Source of the DNA: Thermoplasmata archaeon
Lineage (GTDB): Archaea; Thermoplasmatota; Thermoplasmata; RBG-16-68-12; JAFNFQ01
DNA length: 32,599 nucleotides
Reading direction: 5' to 3'
NCBI GenBank assembly: GCA_041489255.1
Contig: JBGPQV010000027.1
Location: 1 to 32,599, forward strand
The notes beneath the pieces were generated by a model. It ran no database searches and was not told where the DNA came from. It worked only from the letters and a program-made list of their open reading frames with translations. The position numbers were made by a program, and so were the translations under genes. Shown here in pieces: positions 15,325 to 25,036 of this stretch; within the stretch, counting starts at the first letter, position 1; each line of letters begins with the position of its first letter.

Positions 15325-17679
15325 TTGTCCCTGGTTTCCCCGTCTAGATTCGTGGTGCTGGCGCTTTCGATTGCCATGCTCGTCTCGCCATTCATGAGCC
15401 GTACCGTTGCCGCGGACATACCGCCGGGCGGCGAATATGGCGGAAGCGTGAGGGTCGCCATACTCAATACGGATGCGATTTCCATAAACACAAACGATAC
15501 CGGCGCGTCCAGCCAGATCGTCCACCAGCTGGTGTACGACTCTCTGGCCAAGATGTCGTCTGATGACTATCTGCCGGAGCCTTGGCTCGCTTCAAGCTGG
15601 ACCGTGAACGGCAATACGATAACGTTCCAGATACGGTCAGGCGTCAAGTGGTCGGATGCGACCGATCTCACAGTGGACGACATCGTCTACAACTACGTGC
15701 AGGCAGGATACACTGCTTCGCCAGGCGCTGGCACGGTGGCAATCACCTTGCCGACCGGTGGCGGGCGCTTCATGGGTGAGGGCATCTACCTCCCCATTGC
15801 ACACAAGAATCTTCAGCCCACGGCACTGAGCTACAGCGGACCTTATTACGCAAACGATACGATCTCTCCGGATCACTTCACCATCGCCGCCAACCCGAAT
15901 CACTGGCGGGGCCGACCTTACCTGGATTACGTCAGATACGATTACTATTCGAACATGAGCTTGGCTGCGTGCGCGTTCATCGATAGGAAGGCGACGTTCA
16001 TCGGAATGGCGATGAAATCCGAGGACCTTTCCACGATCAACTGGCCATGCATGAAAAGGATCGTCGAGTCGGAACAAGAGAATCGTTTGCAGCACCTTTT
16101 CTACTCGCAGAACCCCGGGCTCGATGTAGTCTACATGGGGATGAATGACGCAGTGTCGTCGCCTCTCAACGATCCTGCCGTGAGACTTGCGATAATGAAG
16201 ACGATTGACCGCGATGCCTATGCGGGCTCTTTCGGGAATCCGATAATAGCCAACAGCGAGATGGCGGACAGCTTCATCAGCCCTTACAACACCTATTGGT
16301 TCAACGTGAGCATCCCGAAGTACCGTGTGCCGAGGCAGATCGTCGGAACCACCGTCACCAAGATATTCGACGCGATAAACGCCGAACTTGAGGCTGCCGG
16401 TTACATGGACTGGAACTTCGATGGGTGGCGGGAAACACCAACCCATCAGGCATTCACCCTGAGGCTCCTTCGCCTCAGCAGCGAAATGCCCGCACTCGTC
16501 GACACACTCGAGAACGACATCCGCAGCATCGGCCTGAGGCTAGACGATGTGCCGAAGGACACGATGCCCGAGATTATGAGCGAAGTGCAAGCGGGCACAT
16601 TCACCCTCTACCTCGGGACCATGCAGGCAAGCCTCGACCCGGGCTTCCTGGGCGATTACTTCTATTCCAGCGGTGTCAACAACTACTTCAGCTATGACAG
16701 TGCGACGGTGGACGGCTACCTCAACGACGTCGAGAACTCGCTCAACACAGCCATGAGACAAGGCGCCGTGATGAACGCGCTGGATTGGATGGCGAATGAC
16801 ATACCGGCGGCCCCGATTCTTCACATGAAAGCACAATATGTTTACGACAAGCTCGTCTATGAGGGCTGGGTCAACCAGCTCGGCGGGATCAACAACTTCT
16901 GGTCCTTCTACAACCTTCACGCGATTCCGCGAGGATCCATGATCGTGGATGTCTCGATGCTGAAGCAGGGAAGCAGATTGAACTCCGGAGAGTCGACGAC
17001 GGTCCAGGTGGCGGTGACGAACGAAAGCGGGGCGATTGCCGGGGCGAACGTGGAGATAATAGTCACAAATGGAGTCTTGGGCAGCGCCATCGGGATGACC
17101 GATTCTCTGGGATGGTACAGGACATCATACACGGCCGCGGTGGTCGATCAGGTCACGGACGTGTTCCTCACGGCCCGCGTGACAAAGGCGGGGCACACGG
17201 AGACATGGGGCCAAACGGCAATCGCCGTCTATCCTGGCTTGGGCAAGATGGAGGTTGGAATCGCCCTGATGCCGAACAAGAGGAACCTCGAGTCCAACGA
17301 GGAGATCGAGCTGCTCATCGAGGTCACGGACAGCCTGAATTCCTCCTACAAGATCGCGGGCGTGAATATCACCATAACGATAGTCCCCGATGGGATTGGC
17401 GAGCAGCTCACGGAGTATCAGGGCTTTACGAACGCCGTCGGCCGGTTCACGACGAGGTTCAAGGCCAATGTGAACACGGACGTCAACTTCGCCCTGCGGA
17501 TCAAGGCGACGTATTCCGGCTACGAGGACAAGACGACCTCGCTGGGCATAATCGTCTCGAAGGTCGGCACTCCGCCCCCCACCCCGGGCCCGGACGTCAT
17601 CGTGATCGTTGCTGTCGTGGCGGTGCTGGCATTCTCCTATGGGATGGCTCGGCGCACCCGCCGCAAGGACTCCGACTGA
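15325..17679 (+). CDS. ABC peptide-type (family 5) substrate-binding protein fused to two Ig-like domains, with a C-terminal membrane anchor
   Basis: Signal peptide; VYDSL...PWLASSW...IRSGVKWSD..LTVDDI, GRPYLD and VRLAIMKTIDR SBP5 motifs; two Big_1-like repeats (GMTDSLGWYRTSYTA, GFTNAVGRFTTRFKA); tail PTPGPD-TM-RRTRRK. Confidence 0.85.
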   Translation: MSLVSPSRFVVLALSIAMLVSPFMSRTVAADIPPGGEYGGSVRVAILNTDAISINTNDTGASSQIVHQLVYDSLAKMSSDDYLPEPWLASSWTVNGNTITFQIRSGVKWSDATDLTVDDIVYNYVQAGYTASPGAGTVAITLPTGGGRFMGEGIYLPIAHKNLQPTALSYSGPYYANDTISPDHFTIAANPNHWRGRPYLDYVRYDYYSNMSLAACAFIDRKATFIGMAMKSEDLSTINWPCMKRIVESEQENRLQHLFYSQNPGLDVVYMGMNDAVSSPLNDPAVRLAIMKTIDRDAYAGSFGNPIIANSEMADSFISPYNTYWFNVSIPKYRVPRQIVGTTVTKIFDAINAELEAAGYMDWNFDGWRETPTHQAFTLRLLRLSSEMPALVDTLENDIRSIGLRLDDVPKDTMPEIMSEVQAGTFTLYLGTMQASLDPGFLGDYFYSSGVNNYFSYDSATVDGYLNDVENSLNTAMRQGAVMNALDWMANDIPAAPILHMKAQYVYDKLVYEGWVNQLGGINNFWSFYNLHAIPRGSMIVDVSMLKQGSRLNSGESTTVQVAVTNESGAIAGANVEIIVTNGVLGSAIGMTDSLGWYRTSYTAAVVDQVTDVFLTARVTKAGHTETWGQTAIAVYPGLGKMEVGIALMPNKRNLESNEEIELLIEVTDSLNSSYKIAGVNITITIVPDGIGEQLTEYQGFTNAVGRFTTRFKANVNTDVNFALRIKATYSGYEDKTTSLGIIVSKVGTPPPTPGPDVIVIVAVVAVLAFSYGMARRTRRKDSD

Positions 17680-17829
17680 TGTCGCAGAGCGGCTGCAGTC
17701 AGACTCGATCAGGTTCGACCAGCAGTTTCCACTAGCACCAGCCCGCTCGATGAATCCCGCCAAACCTCGCGTTGGAAGCTCCGATTCGCGACCGAAAGTG
17801 TGAAATCGAGTCCCCGCCATGGCTCGCGC

Positions 17830-19068
17830 ATGGAAGACCTTGCCGCCAGGGGAGTTGACAGGATTGAATGGGCGAGGGCGCACATGGCCGTGCTCAGCGC
17901 TGCCCGCGTGGAACTGGTCCGCAAGCGCACGCTGAAAGGGCTGCGGATCGGGATGGCGCTGCACACCGAGGCGAAGACCGCCGTCTTGGCTTTGACGCTC
18001 AAAGAGGCGGGAGCCCGGGTCCGGCTCGCGTCGTGCAACCCGCTCTCTACCGACGACTCGGTCTCGCAGGCATTGAACAAGAAGTACGACCTCGAGACCT
18101 ACGCGAGGAAGCACGAGAGCACAAAGGAGTACTACGAGAACCTCAACAAGGTCCTCGACCTGAAGCCACAGCTGGTCGTGGACGATGGCGGCGACCTGAT
18201 ATTCCTGCTTCACACCGACAGGAAGGAACTCCTTGATGAGGTCGTCGGGGCGAACGAGGAGACGACGACGGGCATCAACAGGCTCAAGGCGATGGCGGCA
18301 GAAGGCAAACTCAAATTCCCTGTCATCGATGTGAACGACGCGAAGATGAAGCACTTCTTCGACAACCGCTACGGTACCGGGCAGAGCACGTTCGACGGCA
18401 TCATGACCGCAACTAACCTGCTCATCGCGGGCAGGAAGTTCGTCGTGGCGGGATACGGGTGGTGTGGCAGGGGAATCGCGATGAGGGCGCGGGGGATGGG
18501 TGCGCGTGTCGTCGTCACGGAAGTCGACCATGTCAAGGCAATCGAAGCGCACTTGGACGGGTTCGAGGTCGCGCCGATGGCGATGGCGGTGAAGGACGCG
18601 AACTTCGTCGTGTCGGCGACCGGGTGCAAGGACGTCGTCTCGAGGAAGCATATTCCCTCCTTAAAGGACGGCGTCGTGCTCGCGAACGCGGGGCACTTCG
18701 ACAACGAAATATCGAAGCGTGATCTCCAGAGGCTGTCAAAGTCGAAGCGGCAGGTCAGGGACTCCGTGGAGGAGTACACGCTGAAGGATGGAAGGCGGGC
18801 CTACCTTCTGGCGGAGGGCAGGCTGGTCAACCTGGCGGCGGGCCAGGGACATCCGGTCGAGATCATGGACATGAGCTTCTCGATCCAAGCTTTGTGCGTG
18901 GCCCATCTCGCTGAGCATCACGATCAGCTGAAGCCTGGAGTGCACCCCGTGCCGCCTGAGATCGACGAGAAAGTCGCCCGCGTCAGGCTGGCCACGTGGG
19001 GCCTCGAGGTCGACCAGCTCACCGCGAAGCAGAAACACTACATGTCGAGCTGGTCAGAGGGCACCTAG
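17830..19068 (+). CDS. ahcY: Adenosylhomocysteinase (about 412 aa)
   Basis: ALHTEAKTA, SCNPLST, VDDGGD, EETTTG, FDNRYGTGQS, GYGWCGRG and GQGHP. Confidence 0.97.
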   Translation: MEDLAARGVDRIEWARAHMAVLSAARVELVRKRTLKGLRIGMALHTEAKTAVLALTLKEAGARVRLASCNPLSTDDSVSQALNKKYDLETYARKHESTKEYYENLNKVLDLKPQLVVDDGGDLIFLLHTDRKELLDEVVGANEETTTGINRLKAMAAEGKLKFPVIDVNDAKMKHFFDNRYGTGQSTFDGIMTATNLLIAGRKFVVAGYGWCGRGIAMRARGMGARVVVTEVDHVKAIEAHLDGFEVAPMAMAVKDANFVVSATGCKDVVSRKHIPSLKDGVVLANAGHFDNEISKRDLQRLSKSKRQVRDSVEEYTLKDGRRAYLLAEGRLVNLAAGQGHPVEIMDMSFSIQALCVAHLAEHHDQLKPGVHPVPPEIDEKVARVRLATWGLEVDQLTAKQKHYMSSWSEGT

Positions 19069-19080
19069 GCGGTTGATCGG

Positions 19081-19794
19081 ATGGGCAGGCTCAAGGCAGT
19101 ATTCTTCGACATGGGCGGGACTCTCTTAGACATGAAGGCTGACAAGTCCTCGCACCTGCTCGTCTTGGAGGCCGTGAAGGCGCGCTACGGATTGGACATC
19201 TCCGTCGAGGAGCTGCACAGGCGCATCGTCGGGCACCTTGAGAGGTTCGAACCGTCGCAGGCCCAGCACTGGAAGCCGATACTGGAGCTCACGGAGGAGG
19301 CGTATCGGGAGCAGATGGCGAAGCTGGGCATCGACATCGGCAACAGGGACTCTGAGTGGTTCATGAAGACCTACAAGGCGACCTACAGGAAGGGGGTGAG
19401 GCTGGCGGCGGGGGCGATGGACGTGCTGCGCGGCGCCAAGTTGCTGGGCCTCCACGTGGGCATCCTATCCGACGTGGACGAGGATTGGGCGGCGATGCTC
19501 GTCGACAGCCTTCGCATCAGGCCCCTCCTAGATTCGGTGACGACGTCCCAGGCGGTCGGCGTGGGCAAGCCGAACCCCAAGATGTTCTATGCCGCCCTCA
19601 AGAAATCCAGATGCGAGGCCGGAGAGGCGATTCTTGTCGGCGACTCGCTCGAGAGGGATGTACGGGGGGCGAAAGCCGTCGGCATGAAGGCCGCCCACCT
19701 GGCCCCTGCGCCGTCCGCGGAGGCGGACTACCAGCTGAGGTCCATGGGGGAGCTGCTGCCGATCCTTAGGACGCTGACGGGTGCAGGCCCATGA
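19081..19794 (+). CDS. HAD-superfamily hydrolase (subfamily IA, YjjG-like)
   Basis: FFDMGGTL motif I (DxG variant), KPNP and VGDSLERDV. Confidence 0.9.
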   Translation: MGRLKAVFFDMGGTLLDMKADKSSHLLVLEAVKARYGLDISVEELHRRIVGHLERFEPSQAQHWKPILELTEEAYREQMAKLGIDIGNRDSEWFMKTYKATYRKGVRLAAGAMDVLRGAKLLGLHVGILSDVDEDWAAMLVDSLRIRPLLDSVTTSQAVGVGKPNPKMFYAALKKSRCEAGEAILVGDSLERDVRGAKAVGMKAAHLAPAPSAEADYQLRSMGELLPILRTLTGAGP

Positions 19795-20426
19795 GGATTT
19801 TCGTCTCGGACTTCGACGGGACGATCACCGAGAAGGACGTCGCCAACCTGATCCTCGACAAGTACGCCTACCCGCAATGGCTAGAAATCGAGAAGGAGTA
19901 CAAGGCGAGGAAGATAGGAACGAGGGAGGCGATAAACCGCGAGTTCGCCCTGGTCAAGGCATCGCGCGAGGAGCTCACTGCATTCGTCGATGAAGTCGCA
20001 TCGCTCGATCCGCATTTCAAGGAGTTCCTTGGCTTCCTCGGAGACAATGGGGAGAAGCTGGAGATAGTGAGCGAGGGTCTGGACTTCTACATCCGGTTCC
20101 TCCTGAAGAAGTGGGGCTTGGACCTGCCTCTCAGGACGAACAGGACGTCATTCAAGGGGCGCATGATGAACATAGCGTATCCTTACCGCGACCCGCGCTG
20201 CTCGCTGTGCGGCACCTGCAAGATGGGGCGGGTGCTGGAACTCAGGGGGAAGGGATACGAGGTTGTCTACTTCGGCAACGGGTATTCGGACATCTGCCCC
20301 GCCCTTGAGGCCGATAAGGTCTTCGCGAAGGGGCAGCTGGCGGTCCTGTGCGAAGAGGAAGACCGAGAGTTCATGCCTTTCAACGACTTCGGCGATGTAG
20401 TCAGGGAGGTCAGGACTTGGCGGTGA
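19791..20426 (+). CDS. MtnX-like HAD-IB phosphatase
   Basis: SDFDGTIT, IVSEGLDFYI, CSLCGTCK and FGNGYSDICPA; ATGA overlap with the upstream gene. Confidence 0.88.
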   Translation: MRIFVSDFDGTITEKDVANLILDKYAYPQWLEIEKEYKARKIGTREAINREFALVKASREELTAFVDEVASLDPHFKEFLGFLGDNGEKLEIVSEGLDFYIRFLLKKWGLDLPLRTNRTSFKGRMMNIAYPYRDPRCSLCGTCKMGRVLELRGKGYEVVYFGNGYSDICPALEADKVFAKGQLAVLCEEEDREFMPFNDFGDVVREVRTWR

Positions 20427-21340
20427 GGCACTTCTTGGGCGTCTACGGCCATGTGAATCTCGACTACATCATCGAGGTGTCCCATCTCCCACGCCCGAAC
20501 ACGTCGATACAGATCGAGGGGGAACAGACGTACTTTGGCGGCACCGGTGCTAACGTTGCCCGGCTCGCCGCGATGATGGGCGTGGACACCGCGCTGGCGG
20601 CGTTCGTGGGCGAGGACTTCCCGGATTCCTACGCGACCGCGCTGCGCGACAGCGGAGTGGACATCTCGGACGTGATGCGAGTCGAGGGCTACGCGACGCC
20701 GCGCGTCTGGATCTTCTCGGACCCCCGCGGGAACCAGATGGCGGTGGTGGACCAGGGGCCGATGAGGATCGCGGAGAAGCTGCCGCTGCTGATGGAAACG
20801 GCGCTGATGGCGGACTGGGTGCATTTCTGCACTGGCCGGCCTGAGTACTACGTGAAGGTGGCGAAGGAAGCTTCGAAGGCGGGCAGATCCATTTCCCTGG
20901 ACCCCGCACAGGAGATTCACTATGTGTACACCGCGAAGACCCTGAGGAGCATGATCAGGCATGCGAACCTCTTCTTCGGAAATGAGAAGGAGGTCGCCAA
21001 GGCCGCCAGGATGCTGCAGGTGACGGGGGCACGGGGTCTGCTCCGGCACGCGGATGCGGTCATCGAGACGCGGGGCGGGAAGGGCAGCTTGGTGCACGAG
21101 AAAGACGGGACGACGGCGGTGCCCGCGGTCAAGCCGAAGAAGCTCGTGGACTACACCGGCGCGGGAGATGCATTCAGGTCAGGTTTCTACGCCGGCCTGA
21201 GCCGGGGGCACGACATCGTGGTCTGCGCGATACTGGGATCTTCCGCTTCCAGCTTCGCTCTCCAGGCGAAGGGCACCCAGGCGGTCCTGCCAACCTACCG
21301 GCAGGTGCTCGAAAGGGCGAGGAAATCGAGAGCGTTTTGA
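20423..21340 (+). CDS. PfkB-family carbohydrate/nucleoside kinase (about 305 aa)
   Basis: GHVNLD, FGGTGANVA, DPAQE, NEKE and DYTGAGDAFRSG; GTGA overlap with the upstream gene. Confidence 0.9.
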   Translation: MRHFLGVYGHVNLDYIIEVSHLPRPNTSIQIEGEQTYFGGTGANVARLAAMMGVDTALAAFVGEDFPDSYATALRDSGVDISDVMRVEGYATPRVWIFSDPRGNQMAVVDQGPMRIAEKLPLLMETALMADWVHFCTGRPEYYVKVAKEASKAGRSISLDPAQEIHYVYTAKTLRSMIRHANLFFGNEKEVAKAARMLQVTGARGLLRHADAVIETRGGKGSLVHEKDGTTAVPAVKPKKLVDYTGAGDAFRSGFYAGLSRGHDIVVCAILGSSASSFALQAKGTQAVLPTYRQVLERARKSRAF

Positions 21341-21424
21341 GCCCGCCACTCGGGAAATCTCTCGCTTCGTTTAGGGAGAAAGCTTTATCAACCGATAGTC
21401 ATTTGTCGGGCCGGTGAATCGGGG

Positions 21425-21658
21425 ATGGCCATAGGTTTCGTCCTAATAAGCACCGCACCGGCCAAGGAGCATGAGGTCTACAACGAACTGCTGAAGGTCA
21501 AGGAAATCGTGGAACTCCACCCACTTTTTGGCGAGTACGACCTGATAGCCAAAATCGAGGCCGAAGACTTCAACGTCCTTGGGCAGGTCGTGGTGGACAA
21601 GATAAGGTCGATCCCCGGGGTTATCGACACCAAGACCCTCACAGGAATCAAGTTCTAG
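21425..21658 (+). CDS. Stand-alone Lrp/AsnC ligand-binding (RAM) domain protein
   Basis: GFVLI...HPLFGEYDLIAKIE...IRSIPGVIDTKT with no HTH; GAAAGCTTTATC promoter-like motif upstream. Confidence 0.9.
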   Translation: MAIGFVLISTAPAKEHEVYNELLKVKEIVELHPLFGEYDLIAKIEAEDFNVLGQVVVDKIRSIPGVIDTKTLTGIKF

Positions 21659-21671
21659 GGAGGAATAAACG

Positions 21672-21992
21672 ATGGGTTTCACGGCACTGGACGGCTGGGT
21701 ATTTGCGACCATATTTCTGTTCTCATTCGCGCTGTTTCTATTAATCACGGGCGCGTTCACGGCGTATTTCGGGAGCGGGAAGAGCAGGAAGATAGGCGCG
21801 GGACTGCTGATCGCGGGCCTCCTGATAGGCATCATGGTCGCGCTCCTGCGCTACATGAGCTACTGGGGCCCGAGCGGAACCAGCGGCTGGCTTCTCGACG
21901 TGGTTGTCCAGACGATCGTGGTCATCTTGGCTGTCATCGTCGGTGCCGGCCTCGCTATCGGACTCTTCCTCTTGGCCATAATGAAGAGCTAG
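21672..21992 (+). CDS. Hypothetical membrane protein (3 TM)
   Basis: GAFTAYFGSGKSRKIG between hydrophobic helices; GGAGG RBS. Confidence 0.85.
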   Translation: MGFTALDGWVFATIFLFSFALFLLITGAFTAYFGSGKSRKIGAGLLIAGLLIGIMVALLRYMSYWGPSGTSGWLLDVVVQTIVVILAVIVGAGLAIGLFLLAIMKS

Positions 21993-22053
21993 GCGAATCC
22001 GGCCCGCCCGCATCCTTAAAGGCTTTAAGCATCCAGCGCACTTGCCGATTCCC

Positions 22054-22524
22054 ATGTCACCTGACGTGCTCATCGTCATTGGCAGCAAGAGCGATGAGGA
22101 GGTAGGGCGGAAGGCGGCGTCGCTCCTGAAGGACTTTGGGGTTGACCACAAGATGGTCGTCGCGTCGGCTCACCGCACGCCGGATCACCTCAGGGAGCTG
22201 ATCAGGAACAGTGACGCGAAGGTCTTCATCGCGATAGCCGGGCTGTCCGCCGCCTTGCCGGGGACGATAGCCGCGTACACCACCAAGCCGACAATAGGAG
22301 TACCTGTGAGCGGGAAGGTGAACCTCGACTCCATACTCTCGATCACGCAGATGCCTCCTGGGATACCGGTGGCTGCCGTCGGGCTAGACCGCGGCGAGAA
22401 CGCGGCTCTATTGGCTGTTCAGATTCTCTCGTTGAATGACGAGTCCTTGGCCGAACAACTGCAGGAGCACCGCAAGAAGCTCGCAGAATGGGTCATGGAG
22501 GACAACAGGTCCCTCGGTGAGTGA
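22054..22524 (+). CDS. purE: PurE-family AIR carboxylase / N5-CAIR mutase
   Basis: IGSKSD, VASAHRTP, PTIGVP and QMPPGIPVA. Confidence 0.95.
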   Translation: MSPDVLIVIGSKSDEEVGRKAASLLKDFGVDHKMVVASAHRTPDHLRELIRNSDAKVFIAIAGLSAALPGTIAAYTTKPTIGVPVSGKVNLDSILSITQMPPGIPVAAVGLDRGENAALLAVQILSLNDESLAEQLQEHRKKLAEWVMEDNRSLGE

Positions 22525-23469
22525 GTGTTCGACGCGAAATCGTTCACCGATACGCAGGTCGAGACGATACGCAGGCAGGTCGAAGAAAAAGCGATCATAG
22601 CTTGCTCAGGCGGCGTCGACAGCACCGCCGCGGCCGTCCTGGCATCTCGGGCTCTCGGTCCGAACCTTCTCGCGGTCTACGTCGACAACGGGCTCATGAG
22701 GAAAGGGGAGAGCGAGCAGGTCGCCGCCATGCTGGAGAAGCTCGGCGTCAGCTACCGGGTGATCGATGCCGCCGATGAATTCCTATCTGCATTGACGGGA
22801 GTGACCGAACCGGAGGAGAAGAGGCGGATCATCGGAGGCAAGTTCATCGAGGTCTTCGAGCGAGAGGCGGAATCGTTCGGGGCAGAATGCCTAATACAGG
22901 GGACAATCGCCCCCGACTGGATCGAAAGCGGCGGGAAACTCAGAGACCGAATCAAGAGTCATCACAACGTGGGAGGCCTGCCCGACGTCATGAAGCTCAA
23001 GTTGGTCGAGCCTCTGAGGGACCTTTACAAGGACGAGGTCAGGCAGGTCGCGAGGGTCCTTGGGGTCTCAGTTTCAGAGAGGCAGCCTTTCCCCGGACCG
23101 GCGCTGGCCGTGCGGGTCATGGGCGAGGTGACGAGGGAAAAGGTCGCGCTCGTCAGGGAGGCATGTTCCATCGTCGAGGAGGAGATTGAGAGGGCCGCAA
23201 AGGCGGGGACCATGCCGCTTCCATGGCAATACTTTGCCATGCTCCTCGACACGAAGAGCGTCGGCGTGCAGGGGGACCTGAGGGTCTACGGCTACACTGT
23301 GGGGATAAGGGCTGTCGACTCAGTCGACGGGATGACCGCGTCGTATTCGAAGATACCGCACGACGTCCTCGAGACAATCTCCGTGAGGTTGACGAACGAG
23401 ATCAAGGGCGTAAACAGGGTCGTCTACGACATCTCGAACAAGCCACCGGCCACTATCGAGTGGGAGTAG
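22525..23469 (+). CDS. guaA: GMP synthase subunit B (ATP pyrophosphatase)
   Basis: SGGVDS, IKSHHNVGG, RQPFPGPALAVR and KPPATIEWE. Confidence 0.96.
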   Translation: MFDAKSFTDTQVETIRRQVEEKAIIACSGGVDSTAAAVLASRALGPNLLAVYVDNGLMRKGESEQVAAMLEKLGVSYRVIDAADEFLSALTGVTEPEEKRRIIGGKFIEVFEREAESFGAECLIQGTIAPDWIESGGKLRDRIKSHHNVGGLPDVMKLKLVEPLRDLYKDEVRQVARVLGVSVSERQPFPGPALAVRVMGEVTREKVALVREACSIVEEEIERAAKAGTMPLPWQYFAMLLDTKSVGVQGDLRVYGYTVGIRAVDSVDGMTASYSKIPHDVLETISVRLTNEIKGVNRVVYDISNKPPATIEWE

Positions 23470-24321
23470 CTAGGGGCTTGGCGGGGGCTGCCAGCGGTAC
23501 TCCTGTGCTTGGATCGGATACTGTGCCGCCATTGTTTCCCAGACTGGCTTGATCACATGGGATTTCAAGCGTCTGTGGGCATCGCGGTAGAGGATGAGGA
23601 ACAGCACCAGGGAGATCATTAAAAGAAGGCCGCCAATGAGACTCGGGACGAGCCGCAATGCATAGGAATCGAGAACACTCGAAGCGGGCAAGAATGCCAG
23701 GCTCAAGGCGTAAATGCCTGACAGCACCGCCGCCGTCACATAGAGCCCGACAGCGGTGATGCCAAAGTTCTGTTTCTCTGGGGGCGTGAATGCCTTGACC
23801 ATATAGAACAGAATCAGGGCAATCATCACCGAGAAGAGCATCCCGAGCACTGCGGAGACGACTGCGAAGACGGGCGATGGCGTATATGTACCACCGCTTG
23901 GGTTTGAGAGACTCCCCAGGGAGGCGACCACGGAAGCGAAAGAAACTGCCATACTGGCGAAGAAAAAAGCTATGGCCGCGATGAAGAACGTCATCGCCTT
24001 GCCCATGTCTTTCTCGTGCGCGATCCCGTATTCCGTCTTGCCTTTGTGGACACTCCAGAATCCGATGATCGCGAGGATTATGAGGACGAGATAGAGGGCG
24101 AGAAGGCCGCAGAAGAGCGCGAGAAATCCTATCGCCGACGCCAAGAAGCTCGGGTCGTAGCCGCTTGTCATTTGGCCTGCAAAGAAGTACACGGCATAAG
24201 GCAATATTAGGGCGAGGATGACCACGACAATATAGATCGTTATCGCGTTCGCCAAGCTGCGAATCCCTCTCGCGGTCTGCGTTTCCACCACGAACATCGG
24301 TGCGCCGAAATAGCTAGCCAT
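23470..24321 (-). CDS. Hypothetical polytopic membrane protein (about 6 TM)
   Basis: Six hydrophobic segments and a Pro/Gln-rich tail; GAGGAT upstream of the ATG. Confidence 0.8.
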   Translation of the reverse strand: MASYFGAPMFVVETQTARGIRSLANAITIYIVVVILALILPYAVYFFAGQMTSGYDPSFLASAIGFLALFCGLLALYLVLIILAIIGFWSVHKGKTEYGIAHEKDMGKAMTFFIAAIAFFFASMAVSFASVVASLGSLSNPSGGTYTPSPVFAVVSAVLGMLFSVMIALILFYMVKAFTPPEKQNFGITAVGLYVTAAVLSGIYALSLAFLPASSVLDSYALRLVPSLIGGLLLMISLVLFLILYRDAHRRLKSHVIKPVWETMAAQYPIQAQEYRWQPPPSP

Positions 24322-24463
24322 GCTGGTATCCTCCTATCCTCATCAGCGTCACTCCGTGCGATTTCTTTGGCTCTCGAGCGGATTGCATTGGCTCTACTTA
24401 ATATCTGCCGCTGTCTTTGCGTCTGATAATCCTTATAGTCCCCCGAGTGCGTCTCTGGCGCGA

Positions 24464-25036
24464 ATGAAGGTCTACGTCGTCGACAATGGCGGGCAGTGGA
24501 CTCACCGCGAATGGCGGGTGCTGAAGTACCTTGACGTCGAGACGGAGATAATCCCCAACACCACTCCGCTGAGCGAGCTCTCCGGAGTCCACGGGCTTGT
24601 GCTCTCTGGCGGTGCTCCCAGGGTTGGACTCGACGCCAGCCAGATGGGGCGGAACGAGGAGTACATCGCCGAGGCGCCATTTCCAATCCTCGGCATATGC
24701 GCGGGCCACCAGTTCATGGCCCTGATGCTTGGAGGCGATGCGAAGCCCGCCAAAATTCCCGAGTTCGGGAAGGCGGAGCTCACCGTGGATGAGGAGGACG
24801 ATCTCTTCAAGGGCCTTCCAACGACATTCGAGGTCTGGGAGAGTCACAACGACGAGGTCACAAGGCTCCCGCCGAAGTTCACCCTGCTGGCGCATTCGAA
24901 GAACTGCGCGACACAGGCGATGAAGTCGTCAGAGAAGCCGCTCTATGGCGTGCAGTTCCACCCTGAGGTGGAGCACACTCAGCACGGGTATGAGATTTTC
25001 AAGAACTTCCTGAAGGTATGCGGGGATTGGAAATGA
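24464..25036 (+). CDS. guaA: GMP synthase subunit A (glutamine amidotransferase, 190 aa)
   Basis: VVDNGGQW, PILGICAGHQ, ESHNDE and GVQFHPEV. Confidence 0.95.
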   Translation: MKVYVVDNGGQWTHREWRVLKYLDVETEIIPNTTPLSELSGVHGLVLSGGAPRVGLDASQMGRNEEYIAEAPFPILGICAGHQFMALMLGGDAKPAKIPEFGKAELTVDEEDDLFKGLPTTFEVWESHNDEVTRLPPKFTLLAHSKNCATQAMKSSEKPLYGVQFHPEVEHTQHGYEIFKNFLKVCGDWK

